The position numbers and the translations under genes are program-made. Below, piece after piece: positions 19,665-29,096 of a DNA stretch of 64,000 nucleotides. This DNA comes from an uncultured Candidatus Saccharibacteria bacterium (GTDB lineage: Bacteria > Patescibacteriota > Minisyncoccia > Phycocordibacterales > DATDWN01). The notes under the pieces were generated by a model that was not told where the DNA came from, did not search any database, and saw nothing but the letters and a program-made list of their open reading frames with translations. The first letter of the stretch is position 1. Every line of letters begins with the position of its first letter. The stretch lies in NCBI GenBank assembly GCA_964468795.1, contig CAYXWL010000001.1:147587-211586 (forward strand), written 5' to 3'.

Positions 19665-19846
19665 TGTGTCTCCTCCATACATTAGCAGTGCACTTTCTGG
19701 ATATAATATCGCCTGACTCAATTATATCTCAAAAAGTTCTTCGTTGGGTCCCAACCCAACTTCAGCCATGGGAAGGAGTATCATGCAACTCAAACAATCC
19801 CGCTTTGACGAATATCATACAACACTTTAATCTATGTATAAATAAC

Positions 19847-19933
19847 GGAGAGTTGGCAGAGTGGTCTAATGCGCCGCACTCGAAACGCGGTTGGGAGCAA
19901 TCCCTCACAGGTTCAAATCCTGTACTCTCCGCA
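19847..19933 (+). tRNA. tRNA-Ser (anticodon CGA), class II with long variable arm
   Basis: GGAGAGT acceptor stem, anticodon loop CTCGAAA, long variable arm, T-arm ACAGG-TTCAAAT-CCTGT, 3' ACTCTCC-G-CA. Confidence 0.7.
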
Positions 19934-19977
19934 GATTGAAACTTCGCGATTTGAAAGCCTTTGATATTTTTTAAATA

Positions 19978-20913
19978 TTACGCCCCGCACAATGACTTTA
20001 ATTCTTTCAAATCTGTTACAGTCGGCTTATCATTGTATCCGTTGTTAAGCCTATACATAATCGCCTTTGGATCATCAACGTGTTCAAGACCCAGTGCGTG
20101 TCCCAGCTCATGAGCCAAAACTCTGACCAGTTTTGATCTGTTATCAAACTGATAGACATCTATTTCCTCACCAGAAATATCGCTTTTGAACAGACCCTCA
20201 TCAAACTCATCACCCAAATTATCCCCGATGGCGTTGTAAACTCTGACGCTTTCATTCACATTTGTAGCCACTTTATTTATTTGCGAAGCTTGTGAATTTA
20301 ATTCCGAAATTTTTCTATTCAGGTCAGATTGCATAGAAGATAGCGAGGCCATTTCAGAATTCAGATAGCTTTTTTCATTGCTAAGCCTAGCATAGGTTGA
20401 CTTGTCGGCACCTCCTTGGGCATTTACTCTTTGAACTTCAGCATCGTATTCTGCTTTTCTTTGATTGAAAGAATTTAACCTAGATTGGAAAACAGCTTTG
20501 GCCGATACGTATTCGGAATTTAAAGAATTATATTTTGCTACAAGCTGGCTATACTCTGATTTTGAATCTTTTACAGCACTTCCGACCTGTTGCAATTGCT
20601 GAGTTGATGCCTGCCTACCATCGTATATTAGATTTATTTTAAGATGGCCTTTTGATGTAAGCTCGAAGAGATTTCTACCGGCAGGCTTTTCCCAAACTGC
20701 CTCGGCCTCTTTCAAAGCTGATGCAAATTCTTCCCGTGATAATCCAAATCTCGTATCAAATTTTTGAATGCTGTACTCTATTGGCGATCTGCAAGGCAAG
20801 TACCTGCTTTTCATTTGATAATAGACCACTGACAGAGGGTCCCAGAATACATACAATACAATGAAGAAAATAACCAAGCTTACGATGTTTCCAAAGTTTT
20901 TATTCATCAACAA
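19978..20913 (-). CDS. membrane-anchored coiled-coil metzincin (matrixin-like Zn metalloprotease)
   Basis: N-terminal TM, long coiled coil, C-terminal HELGHALGLEH zinc-binding motif. Confidence 0.7.
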   Translation of the reverse strand: MLMNKNFGNIVSLVIFFIVLYVFWDPLSVVYYQMKSRYLPCRSPIEYSIQKFDTRFGLSREEFASALKEAEAVWEKPAGRNLFELTSKGHLKINLIYDGRQASTQQLQQVGSAVKDSKSEYSQLVAKYNSLNSEYVSAKAVFQSRLNSFNQRKAEYDAEVQRVNAQGGADKSTYARLSNEKSYLNSEMASLSSMQSDLNRKISELNSQASQINKVATNVNESVRVYNAIGDNLGDEFDEGLFKSDISGEEIDVYQFDNRSKLVRVLAHELGHALGLEHVDDPKAIMYRLNNGYNDKPTVTDLKELKSLCGA

Positions 20914-21049
20914 ATATTATCTCATTAAATATGAATTTCTTACAAACAAGACCCGAAAGCATTTGAAATAAAAAATATTGACTTCTGGCTAAATAAATAA
21001 AGCTGTGCAATACTTTAATCAGAAAACGCATTGCCTAATGGAGGGTTCC

Positions 21050-21571
21050 ATGACTTGGTATGGCAAACTCTTGGCTGTAAATGAGCGTGTGACACTCAAT
21101 TTCTTCTACCTAGAGCTCGTTGAGGCGGCTAATAGACAAATTGACGAAGCTTGCGCGCTTTACGTTGCGAGCATTTTTGCCCATTATGCCCAGGTGTCAA
21201 CCTGCTCAAGCGATCAAATGCCAGCTCCTAATTCTCTTTCAGAAGTATTTGACCACTTTGTGGCAAATACTGATGTAAGGCGAGACGCAGAAATGATGGA
21301 AATAGCTGGCAGCTATTCTCTGCTTCTTACTGGCTTCTTTCGAAACCAAATGAAAAGCAGACATAACATCAATTGGCATTGCGATCGTGGTGCAGATTTC
21401 TTCCTAAAAGCGAGCTACCTACAGGAAACGTGCTCGCCTGGGAGGTCTCGCATGCTGAAAATAATTGGCAAAGATTTCAGACCTCTTTCAGAAATCTGTT
21501 TTGTTCTGGGCAAGAAGCTCATCCGAAACAGCGACGACCAGTATCTAATCAGGATCAGTAAAGAATCCTGA
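21050..21571 (+). CDS. hypothetical protein, possible HEPN-like (Rx6H motif)
   Basis: About 47% GC ORF with GGAGGGTTCC-ATG RBS (start taken at 21050); alpha-helical by composition, contains FFRNQMKSRH (R-x6-H); no confident family. Confidence 0.35.
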   Translation: MTWYGKLLAVNERVTLNFFYLELVEAANRQIDEACALYVASIFAHYAQVSTCSSDQMPAPNSLSEVFDHFVANTDVRRDAEMMEIAGSYSLLLTGFFRNQMKSRHNINWHCDRGADFFLKASYLQETCSPGRSRMLKIIGKDFRPLSEICFVLGKKLIRNSDDQYLIRISKES

Positions 21572-21584
21572 CTTCCAAAAAACA

Positions 21585-21620
21585 CGCTCCGAACATTTTG
21601 TTCGGAGCGTGAGTTTTATT
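21585..21620 (+). terminator. rho-independent terminator
   Basis: cgctccgaac-atttt-gttcggagcg followed by a T-rich tract. Confidence 0.65.
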
Positions 21621-21625
21621 CCTGT

Positions 21626-21650
21626 GGAGGATAGGAGAATTTCGATCCCT
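21626..21650 (+). other. att-like degenerate copy of the tRNA-Ser(GGA) 3' end (candidate attL)
   Basis: ggaggataggaga (13/13 identical to tRNA-Ser 35900..35912) then atttcgatccc vs ttcgaactcc in the tRNA; same orientation as the tRNA copy at the other end of the island. Confidence 0.4.
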
Positions 21651-21926
21651 ATTGGGTCAGTACCCCAGGATATAATATTTCACTTCGCTCATATTATATC
21701 TCAATCGGGCTTCGAATCTCACACAGAGCAATAACATTGCTCTGCTCTATCCTCCTTGTAAAAATTTCATTTTTTGCGGAGGGTATTAGACGAAGTTAGA
21801 ACCTCGTTAATGCTTTCAGATTACACTAAATTCAGCATTGTTAAAAGATGGTAAAAGAAAAATGGGCAAGCAACTTGATGCTCGCCCATCTAGGTTTTAG
21901 TCGAAGACTTTATTAAAGAAAGGGGT

Positions 21927-22739
21927 TCAGTGGTTAGCTGAACCCAGAACCATTTGAAATGCTCTCTTAAGATACAATCGAACCTTTTCGAGGTTAAGCT
22001 TGTCATTTTCGTCCCGGAGCTTTCCTTCGGCGTCAATCGATAGATTAGGAAATTCTTTGACCAACGGCTCGATTAAGCCCAGAGTTTCGCAACACAAACC
22101 GCCAGCGATGCCAATTCCCATTTCCGGGTAATCTCCTCTGACTTCACGCAGGTATTTTGTACCCTTGTTTTGGTCGAATGGTTGGCCTTTGCCACCGCTT
22201 GGGTCGATAAGAACCGCATCAACTAGCCAAGAGCAACAAGCTCTGTGGTCGTAAATCAAATGAATCAAACCTCCGAGATGACCAAGACCGTCAACCTCTG
22301 CGAGAACCCTTCCTCCCATTTGCACGACCAGAAACTTGTCGGGATGGGAGTCTTGGTAATTTCGCAATGCCGTTGCTTCTGGCCATCTAACATTGAGTTG
22401 AAAACCGTCAAAGTTCCCAGACCCAACCAGCTCGGTAATTTCGTAGAGTTCGTTTTGAAGTCGGTCGTGGTGGTCCGTGCTGTAATGAATCAGATTTAAT
22501 GCTCTTTCATTTTTCACGAATATTCCAGACACATCTTCCTTTTTCGGGTATCTGCCTGGATATTTATTGGTCATACCTGCCAGAGTTTTCGAACTCATCA
22601 GCACACCGACCATAAGACGATGTGTAGGTTTTTCTGGAACCATGTTCAACGCTTCAACCACCTCGGCGTTGGACATAAATCCAGTAATCCCTATGTACGG
22701 CCCCGTTTTGGCGACAACCCTGTTTCTTGTAAGGAACAT
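21927..22739 (-). CDS. TrpF-like phosphoribosylanthranilate-isomerase family protein (TIM barrel), orphan
   Basis: C-terminal half matches TrpF (VLIDPSGGKGQPFD…, IGIAGGL…, …IDAEGKLRDENDK…) and N-terminus has IGITGF; no other trp genes nearby; AGGAGG RBS; start taken at ATG 22739. Confidence 0.45.
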   Translation of the reverse strand: MFLTRNRVVAKTGPYIGITGFMSNAEVVEALNMVPEKPTHRLMVGVLMSSKTLAGMTNKYPGRYPKKEDVSGIFVKNERALNLIHYSTDHHDRLQNELYEITELVGSGNFDGFQLNVRWPEATALRNYQDSHPDKFLVVQMGGRVLAEVDGLGHLGGLIHLIYDHRACCSWLVDAVLIDPSGGKGQPFDQNKGTKYLREVRGDYPEMGIGIAGGLCCETLGLIEPLVKEFPNLSIDAEGKLRDENDKLNLEKVRLYLKRAFQMVLGSANH

Positions 22740-22809
22740 TAGAACCTCCTGAAAAGATACTGCAATATTTTCTGTAAAAAAGCAAAAAGAAAACCGAGTT
22801 GCCTCGGTC

Positions 22810-23346
22810 TTAATTTTTGAACAATTCTTCCATTTTATATAATGCCCGGACATTCGGCGGGTCGGTAACCAGCTCTCTGGCTTCGGCAATAGTCGCCCAT
22901 TTGGTGGTATGGAACTCTTTCGGGTCCACATTAAATTCCGAGCCATCAGTCGGAAACCGATACCACAAATCAAGGTGCTCCTTGCAAGGTTGGACCCGAT
23001 TGACGATTGGTGTAATGGTCAGAAGGAATGGTTTGATGTGGTTTTGAATGCGATTAGCCACCCCAAGCTCTTCTTCAATCTCTCGGTTTAAGGTCTGCAT
23101 CAAGGTCTCACCCCGGTCTATGTGACCGCCGGGTGAAAGCCATAGGCCAGATTTCTTGTGATGAACGATGAATACCTGCTTGGTATCTGGATTGTAAGGA
23201 AGAAAATAACAGCAGAAATGGCTCATGTTGCCGTCATCTCTGGTTAGCTGGCCTTGGGCCAGACGAGCTGACCAATAATCTGCAATAGCTTGATTGCAGA
23301 GCGATGGGTTGATTTCAGCCCCAATTTCAGTTTGTAAATTGTCCAT
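22810..23346 (-). CDS. Nudix hydrolase
   Basis: Nudix box GGHIDRGETLMQTLNREIEEELGV; start taken at ATG 23346 (GGAG RBS; the ORF-track start is TTG). Confidence 0.8.
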   Translation of the reverse strand: MDNLQTEIGAEINPSLCNQAIADYWSARLAQGQLTRDDGNMSHFCCYFLPYNPDTKQVFIVHHKKSGLWLSPGGHIDRGETLMQTLNREIEEELGVANRIQNHIKPFLLTITPIVNRVQPCKEHLDLWYRFPTDGSEFNVDPKEFHTTKWATIAEARELVTDPPNVRALYKMEELFKN

Positions 23347-23394
23347 GTTTTTCTCCAAAATTAAGATTACTCAAAATAATTTGTAATGCAACAT

Positions 23395-24375
23395 TTAAAA
23401 AAGAGAATTTCTAAACTCTTCAAAGTGTTCGGAAAGATTTTTAATGCGAGGGAAATCAGTTCCCAAAAACTTATCAACTCTGTGATTATCATTTAGATAA
23501 TGCTCACTTTCTGACCACAATCCGTGGATTGATTTGAGATAATATAACTTTAATCCTCTTGTTAACTCATCTTCGGATATGGGATAAGTTTTTCGGTATG
23601 AATCCATATATAATTTGGCACGGCTTATATTTTCTTCGCTCAAATCATCGCATAGAAAACTATACATCATACATTTAAATAATTCGTGTGTTCGTGGAGA
23701 ATAGCTGGTTTTTTCAAAGTCAAAAACCCACGAAATTTTATCGTTGCCACCAAAGAAAACATTATGGTCGGTGTAATCTCCGTGAATAAGATGGTCGCTT
23801 GATAAGTTCAAATCCTCATAAACAACTGTGTTCTCTTGAACCAGCTGTTTTTTCAGATTAAGGCTTTTCAAAGCCGATTCATCAAAATCGTCAAAATTTG
23901 TTTTCTTTTGAATTTCGTTTATGACCAGTTCTATTTTAGCCAAGCTTTTTTCCTTGTTCCATGGTTTAAATTTGCCTGAAACAGGCAACTTTGCATCTCT
24001 TCCTAACAAATGGATTTTGCCAAGCATTTCTCCAAGCGAGACAATAGCGGTTTCTGTTAATTCCTTTCCGCTCAACTGCTTATCCAACACAAAAGGAAAA
24101 AGTGCATAGCAACCATCTTCAAATGAAAAATATGTGCTTCCTTCTTTGTTGGTTATAGGAAGAATTACAGGAATATTACCGTCAGAAAAATATCTTTTTA
24201 CAGATTGAATTTCCTCCACCTTTTCTTTGGCATCTGGAGCGTATTGTTTGAGAAAATACCTCGTATCTCCATCAATGAGAATATGGTTTTCAGAAAGTGA
24301 ACCCTTCTTCACTTTTTCGTGATATTGAAGGTTTAGACCATATAAGTTGCTGGTATGTTTTAGCAGAGTATCCAT
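23395..24375 (-). CDS. APH/ChoK/FN3K-fold small-molecule kinase
   Basis: Brenner motif HGDYTDHNVFF and downstream VFDFE (DFG-like), 326 aa. Confidence 0.65.
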   Translation of the reverse strand: MDTLLKHTSNLYGLNLQYHEKVKKGSLSENHILIDGDTRYFLKQYAPDAKEKVEEIQSVKRYFSDGNIPVILPITNKEGSTYFSFEDGCYALFPFVLDKQLSGKELTETAIVSLGEMLGKIHLLGRDAKLPVSGKFKPWNKEKSLAKIELVINEIQKKTNFDDFDESALKSLNLKKQLVQENTVVYEDLNLSSDHLIHGDYTDHNVFFGGNDKISWVFDFEKTSYSPRTHELFKCMMYSFLCDDLSEENISRAKLYMDSYRKTYPISEDELTRGLKLYYLKSIHGLWSESEHYLNDNHRVDKFLGTDFPRIKNLSEHFEEFRNSLF

Positions 24376-24376
24376 A

Positions 24377-24778
24377 TTATTTCAAAATTTGAGGTATGAA
24401 ATCACGAGAAATTTTTCTGACTTGGGCCGAGGTTTTTCCTAAAATAGCAGATTTCATCAAGCGGTGTAAGCCATCTAAAATAAGCCAGCGACCTTTGTTT
24501 TCCATTATGTCTATGGGATGCACAAGGTCAGCTTTCATTGTTCTTTCGTATTCCTCCTTATGTGCTTCTGGATTATCTATAACTTCCTGTGGTTTGAGAT
24601 TATAAACCCCATTTTCCCAAAGGAAAGGAATATCAAAATGCCAAGTCAGCTCATCTGTACTGATTTCCTCTGGCCCCACTTCCAAAGCCCAGACTTTTTC
24701 TTCACTCCAGTCAAAATCAAAACCAACATCCTTGATGATTTGTGGAATTTCATTTGAATTGTTTTTTATTTCTTCCAT
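24377..24778 (-). CDS. hypothetical protein with ParB/Srx-like motif
   Basis: 133 aa; C-terminal …GRWLILDGLHRLMKSAILG… resembles the ParB/sulfiredoxin-fold DGxHR signature; translationally coupled to neighbours (TAATG overlap). Confidence 0.3.
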   Translation of the reverse strand: MEEIKNNSNEIPQIIKDVGFDFDWSEEKVWALEVGPEEISTDELTWHFDIPFLWENGVYNLKPQEVIDNPEAHKEEYERTMKADLVHPIDIMENKGRWLILDGLHRLMKSAILGKTSAQVRKISRDFIPQILK

Positions 24779-25311
24779 TATTTTTTATAAAATCCTGTAT
24801 CGGGGCAGGTTATCTGAATGAAAGCGTTTCGCAACGCCTCTTCCAAGCTGACTTCCCGTAGGATTGTTCCACCAGAATATGTGCCCCAAGTATCATTCGG
24901 CAGTTTTCCATATTCTTCTTCAATAATTGTCATCACATCGGAGTGTTCCATTTTGAGTTCGTCCATTTTCTTGAGAATAAAGTCTGGGACCTTTAATCCG
25001 CTTGAATAGCCGTAATACTCCTTGTCCTCAGTAATAATAACAGCCCAAGCTTCCTCATATATGTGCCCATATCGCTCTATAAGGCCACTTTCAAGACCTA
25101 TATAGTAATTTGCATCAGAGTGGCGAGATTTACTGTCCAACGCTCTGTTTTTTGCTCCATCAAAAGTTTGTTTGTCCCACGGAGTGTCTGGCATCAGCGA
25201 TTTGGCTCCGTAACTTTGTATTGAAACATCTTTATCGGCAAAAAACTGCTTGATGATTTTTTCAGCAATTTTTATTTTTCTATCACTTGATGAGCCGATT
25301 ACGAATTTCAT
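24778..25311 (-). CDS. YjjX/DUF84-like non-canonical NTP pyrophosphatase
   Basis: MKFVIGSSSDRKIKIAEKI…GAKNRALDS…YYIGLESGL pattern matching inosine/xanthosine triphosphatase (YjjX) family. Confidence 0.55.
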   Translation of the reverse strand: MKFVIGSSSDRKIKIAEKIIKQFFADKDVSIQSYGAKSLMPDTPWDKQTFDGAKNRALDSKSRHSDANYYIGLESGLIERYGHIYEEAWAVIITEDKEYYGYSSGLKVPDFILKKMDELKMEHSDVMTIIEEEYGKLPNDTWGTYSGGTILREVSLEEALRNAFIQITCPDTGFYKK

Positions 25312-25871
25312 TTTAGTGTCAAATGTTTTTTAAGTTTTTCCAATGCCAATTTTCTCATACTGAATGAGTTTTTTTCTTCGGCAGTCAGTTCACCAAAAGT
25401 TTTGGAATAGCCCTCTGGCTGGAATATAGGGTCCCAACCAAATCCAGTGCCTCTTGGTGATACAGTCGTTCCTTTTACTGCACCTTCAAAAAATTCAATG
25501 TTTCCGTCTAAATCAGAATGACCAATAATCGTTTTTGCTTCTGCGTTAAAATTTCCGAAAACAGTAATCATTTTATACAACCCATCGTTCCCGACAGTTT
25601 TCATAAACCATTTTATAAGAGGACCTGGCAAACCATTCATTGCTTCAAAATACAAAGATGTGTCCTCAACAATAAACTCACCCTTGTGATGTTTCTGGGC
25701 TTCTTCCAGCTTTGCCTTGATGATTTTGTGGGCATCAATTTCCTGTATTTCGGGAAGGTCAATATCCAATCCTTCTATAAAGTCGCCAAGAATTGCCTGA
25801 ACTTCTGCTAGCTTGCCTTTATTGCCAGTGAGAAAATAGAGTGGCGTCATATTAAGAATAATATAACACAA
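25308..25871 (-). CDS. RdgB/Ham1-family dITP/XTP pyrophosphatase
   Basis: LTGNKGKLAEV, EDTSL, NGLPGP, FGWDPIF motifs of Ham1/Maf-like ITPases; probable true start at the MTPLYF ATG (about 25850); 4-nt overlap with the downstream gene. Confidence 0.8.
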   Translation of the reverse strand: MCYIILNMTPLYFLTGNKGKLAEVQAILGDFIEGLDIDLPEIQEIDAHKIIKAKLEEAQKHHKGEFIVEDTSLYFEAMNGLPGPLIKWFMKTVGNDGLYKMITVFGNFNAEAKTIIGHSDLDGNIEFFEGAVKGTTVSPRGTGFGWDPIFQPEGYSKTFGELTAEEKNSFSMRKLALEKLKKHLTLK

Positions 25872-25903
25872 AAATTCATTTTACCCCATTATTCATATTT
25901 TGA

Positions 25904-26221
25904 TTAAGGTAAAAAATTTATTCTTATATAATCCCAAAAACTATATGCATAATCAATTATTTCTACACCAGTACTAGTAGGAGGTTGACCACATTTTGGA
26001 CATAGAAGTGCTTTATCGCTATCATATCTTATTCTACAAGGCTCACAGTAGCAGAGGTTGATACGAGTAGGCTTGTGTCGCATTTTTAAGTCTCTGAAAT
26101 GCTCATATGTATATTTAGACTCAAATTTTAGACCGCATACAGGGCAATTTTCTAGTTTCAATTTATTCTTGAACTCGTCTCTGCAACTAACACATGCTTG
26201 TATAAATCCGATTAGTTCCAT
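25904..26221 (-). CDS. double zinc-ribbon protein (four CxxC pairs), hypothetical
   Basis: C11xxC14, C26xxC29, C58xC60xxC63, C74xxC77. Confidence 0.4.
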   Translation of the reverse strand: MELIGFIQACVSCRDEFKNKLKLENCPVCGLKFESKYTYEHFRDLKMRHKPTRINLCYCEPCRIRYDSDKALLCPKCGQPPTSTGVEIIDYAYSFWDYIRINFLP

Positions 26222-26273
26222 ATTTTGCTATTATGCGTTTAATAATTGAAGGATAAGAAATGGTAGGGTTAAA

Positions 26274-26837
26274 TTATTTTGTAAACTTAAGTGAGGAAAT
26301 GATTATTCCTTCTTCTGTCATTGATTGGGTTCCATTCTCATCCCACATCAAAGAAATGACTATGCGATATTTATTATTTGGTGTATTTACGACAACCCAA
26401 GTACCGCCATCCATAGTAATCGCTTCTTGCCCGTCAATATTTAAAACATTGTAACCCTCTGAGAGGTCTTTCTTCGCATCATTTTTTAGCCATTCAAGAG
26501 GTGTAACACCTTTATTATTTTTAGACATCTCTATATGTATTCCACCATATGGGTCGCTTTTGCTTTCTAAAATTGATTTTGGCCAGATGTATAACTCAAC
26601 GGGTTCAAACTTATTTTCCACAAACATATGAGGCGGATACTGAAATGAAAAACCAACATCGCTTTTATAGGTCAGAAAACTTTTTTCATATTCATAATAT
26701 TCGTCTGAACCAACAATACTAGGTATGGGATTATGAGTTACTTCAGCGATTTTTGTCTCTTTATGTCTACTGTAGTAAAAAGTAAATGATATTACGCATA
26801 GAATGATAACAATTGATATAAGTATTTTTTTATTCAT
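26274..26837 (-). CDS. membrane-anchored secreted hypothetical protein
   Basis: N-terminal TM/signal anchor (MNKKILISIVIILCVISF); start moved to ATG at 26837 to avoid overlap with res. Confidence 0.4.
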   Translation of the reverse strand: MNKKILISIVIILCVISFTFYYSRHKETKIAEVTHNPIPSIVGSDEYYEYEKSFLTYKSDVGFSFQYPPHMFVENKFEPVELYIWPKSILESKSDPYGGIHIEMSKNNKGVTPLEWLKNDAKKDLSEGYNVLNIDGQEAITMDGGTWVVVNTPNNKYRIVISLMWDENGTQSMTEEGIIISSLKFTK

Positions 26838-26866
26838 ATTTTGATTCAGTATGCAACTTATTACTT

Positions 26867-29095
26867 CTACAACTCCAAATGTTCCCAGTCTGTCCAATCA
26901 TTCTCTTTCAAATTTTTACCATCGCCTTTGTAGACCATCCAACGGCCAGAAAAGTGGCTAGGGTCTGTATTAGCAACAATACCACCAAAGAGTTTCTGCT
27001 TCTTGCCAGCTCTGGCTGTGTAGGCCACCAAACCGCTTGATTTGGCTCCAAAATCGGCTAAATAGGCTCCGTGAGGGTCAAAAAGGCCGATACTGCCATC
27101 TTTCATCATTACCACGAAATCAACATAGAACGGAGCCATTTCATCGCCTAATTTATAAGGCACGGCAAAGAAGGTCCCGTCTCTTTCTCCGTTTTTAAAC
27201 CACCATTCCACCTTGTTATTTTTCTTATCCAAAAATTCAATAAACGCTTTTTCAGACTGCCAGCGTTTATCTGAAAAGAATGGCTCCATAACAGATTTAT
27301 TGACCTCCATTTCTTCGTAATTTTCGCCGAAGACCATTTTCTCTGGCACATCCCATTCACTTTGGACCAGCTCGTTGTTGCGTTTTTCCGTAGACGAGAT
27401 ATAGGTGATTTTGGCATCGTCAATGACTGCTTCAAAAAGAGATTTGTTATCCTCGCTCAAAACAGTGTTGATTATCTCTTGGAATTTTTCCAATTTCGGC
27501 ATACCAAGCTCTTTATCAAAAAACTGGTAGATTGACTCTTTGAGACGACCTACTGACCTATCTTCTGGATGAAATGGTGAAAGGTTTCGGTAAATGAAAT
27601 AGTCAAATAGTCTCTGTAAATCAGCATCACTTCCCATATCAACGAGCACCGTAGCTTTAATGTGTTCACCAGCGATAGTGTCTATGTTTTCTGTTCGCCA
27701 ATCGGAAATGAAAGCCGAATGGACTTTCTGATTTTTCAGTTTGATTTTATCCGCCAGTTTTGACTGTTTGGCTTTCTCCAAAAAGAGAGAAGTGAAAAGT
27801 GGGCTCAAGCGGGTCTGCTCACGATGGCGTTTGCTATGGACCGATGAAAGATTTATCGGCTCATATTTTGGCGACCTGTTGCTGATATGGATAACCACAT
27901 AATCCCGCCCGATGTCTTCCTTGATTTCAATGCCTTCAAGGTTGGTGTAAACATAAGCATAATTGAGCATATCGTCCTTGTAGTAGCCGATTTCTGGTTC
28001 TGGCACACGCATAATCCTGCCAATGGTTTGAATAGAGAAAATGGGACTGGACCATTCTCGGAAAAGGACCAAAATTTGAGCTCTTGGGCAATCCCAACCC
28101 AGAGCGATAGCTTGTTTGAAAATAAGGACTTCTACTTCGCTGTCGTTGCGTTTGATATTGTCGGAATTTTCTTTATTCTCTGCCAAGTAGAAAGCTAGCT
28201 TGCCATTTTTGGTGGTGATATTGTGTTTGTCTGCCAGTATCTTTACAAGCATTTCTTGTCTGTCATCATCACCTTGACCACGCCTGTCTGGAAGCTGGAT
28301 TAGGAGAAGTGGATTAACTGAAATTTTACCCGCTTTGTATTTCTTGGCTAGGTCTTCTCGTTTTTTTAAGGCAATGTCCAAAATAACTTCATCAGAGCTG
28401 TTAGCCAGTTCGCTTTTGACTATATCTGAATTGTTTTTCTGGACAACATTTTTGAAATTCTCATTGAGGACCACCGCTTTCTTTATCATCTCCTCGGCTT
28501 TGACCTCGGCAATGTCCACGCTAACAATCTTGTCTGGGTTAGCCATTACAGGAGTAGCGGAAACTTCAATAGTCAAATCCGGCTTGATAGCGGAAATAAG
28601 GTTTTGTGAGGTTTCTGCTTGAGCGTGGAAATGACTCTCGTCTATGATGAGAATAATTTTTCTGTCAGCTTCCCGTGTTCGGCTGATTATATTTGAAAGA
28701 TTGTTGTCTTGCTCGTTATCTCGTATGTAAATGTTGCCGTCCTGTCTGATACTTTCCCAGTTGAAAAAGAGAACCTCGTTTTCATCTATTTGCCTGTCGT
28801 TTAAGTCTTCAAAGAAAGAACATTCCATCGCCCGTGATTTTTCAAAATACAGCTCAATTTTTTCTTTGCTCTGCTCGTGGAGCTGACGAGGAGCGGTCCA
28901 GATGAATGAGCAAGGGGTATGTCTTTTGTCATCGGCAAATCTTGTTAGAAATTCAGCCACCATTATGGTCTTGCCCGAACCAGTAGGAGCTTTGAAAACT
29001 AGCTTTTTCCCATCACTAATTTTCAAAAGACGAACTGCATCATCTAGCAATTCTTGGGTATGTTCATCTTGATATGTTGTTAGCTTAAAAGCCAT
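26867..29095 (-). CDS. res: Type III restriction endonuclease Res subunit (SF2 helicase-like)
   Basis: Walker A KAPTGSGKT and DExH box IIDESH; immediately downstream of mod and translationally coupled (29097/29095). Confidence 0.7.
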   Translation of the reverse strand: MAFKLTTYQDEHTQELLDDAVRLLKISDGKKLVFKAPTGSGKTIMVAEFLTRFADDKRHTPCSFIWTAPRQLHEQSKEKIELYFEKSRAMECSFFEDLNDRQIDENEVLFFNWESIRQDGNIYIRDNEQDNNLSNIISRTREADRKIILIIDESHFHAQAETSQNLISAIKPDLTIEVSATPVMANPDKIVSVDIAEVKAEEMIKKAVVLNENFKNVVQKNNSDIVKSELANSSDEVILDIALKKREDLAKKYKAGKISVNPLLLIQLPDRRGQGDDDRQEMLVKILADKHNITTKNGKLAFYLAENKENSDNIKRNDSEVEVLIFKQAIALGWDCPRAQILVLFREWSSPIFSIQTIGRIMRVPEPEIGYYKDDMLNYAYVYTNLEGIEIKEDIGRDYVVIHISNRSPKYEPINLSSVHSKRHREQTRLSPLFTSLFLEKAKQSKLADKIKLKNQKVHSAFISDWRTENIDTIAGEHIKATVLVDMGSDADLQRLFDYFIYRNLSPFHPEDRSVGRLKESIYQFFDKELGMPKLEKFQEIINTVLSEDNKSLFEAVIDDAKITYISSTEKRNNELVQSEWDVPEKMVFGENYEEMEVNKSVMEPFFSDKRWQSEKAFIEFLDKKNNKVEWWFKNGERDGTFFAVPYKLGDEMAPFYVDFVVMMKDGSIGLFDPHGAYLADFGAKSSGLVAYTARAGKKQKLFGGIVANTDPSHFSGRWMVYKGDGKNLKENDWTDWEHLEL

Positions 29096-29096
29096 A

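Noticed and set aside
19501-19939. ORFs 19501..19716 and 19592..19939 (+)
   Set aside because: They run across a terminator hairpin and two tRNA genes; tRNA structure explains the sequence.
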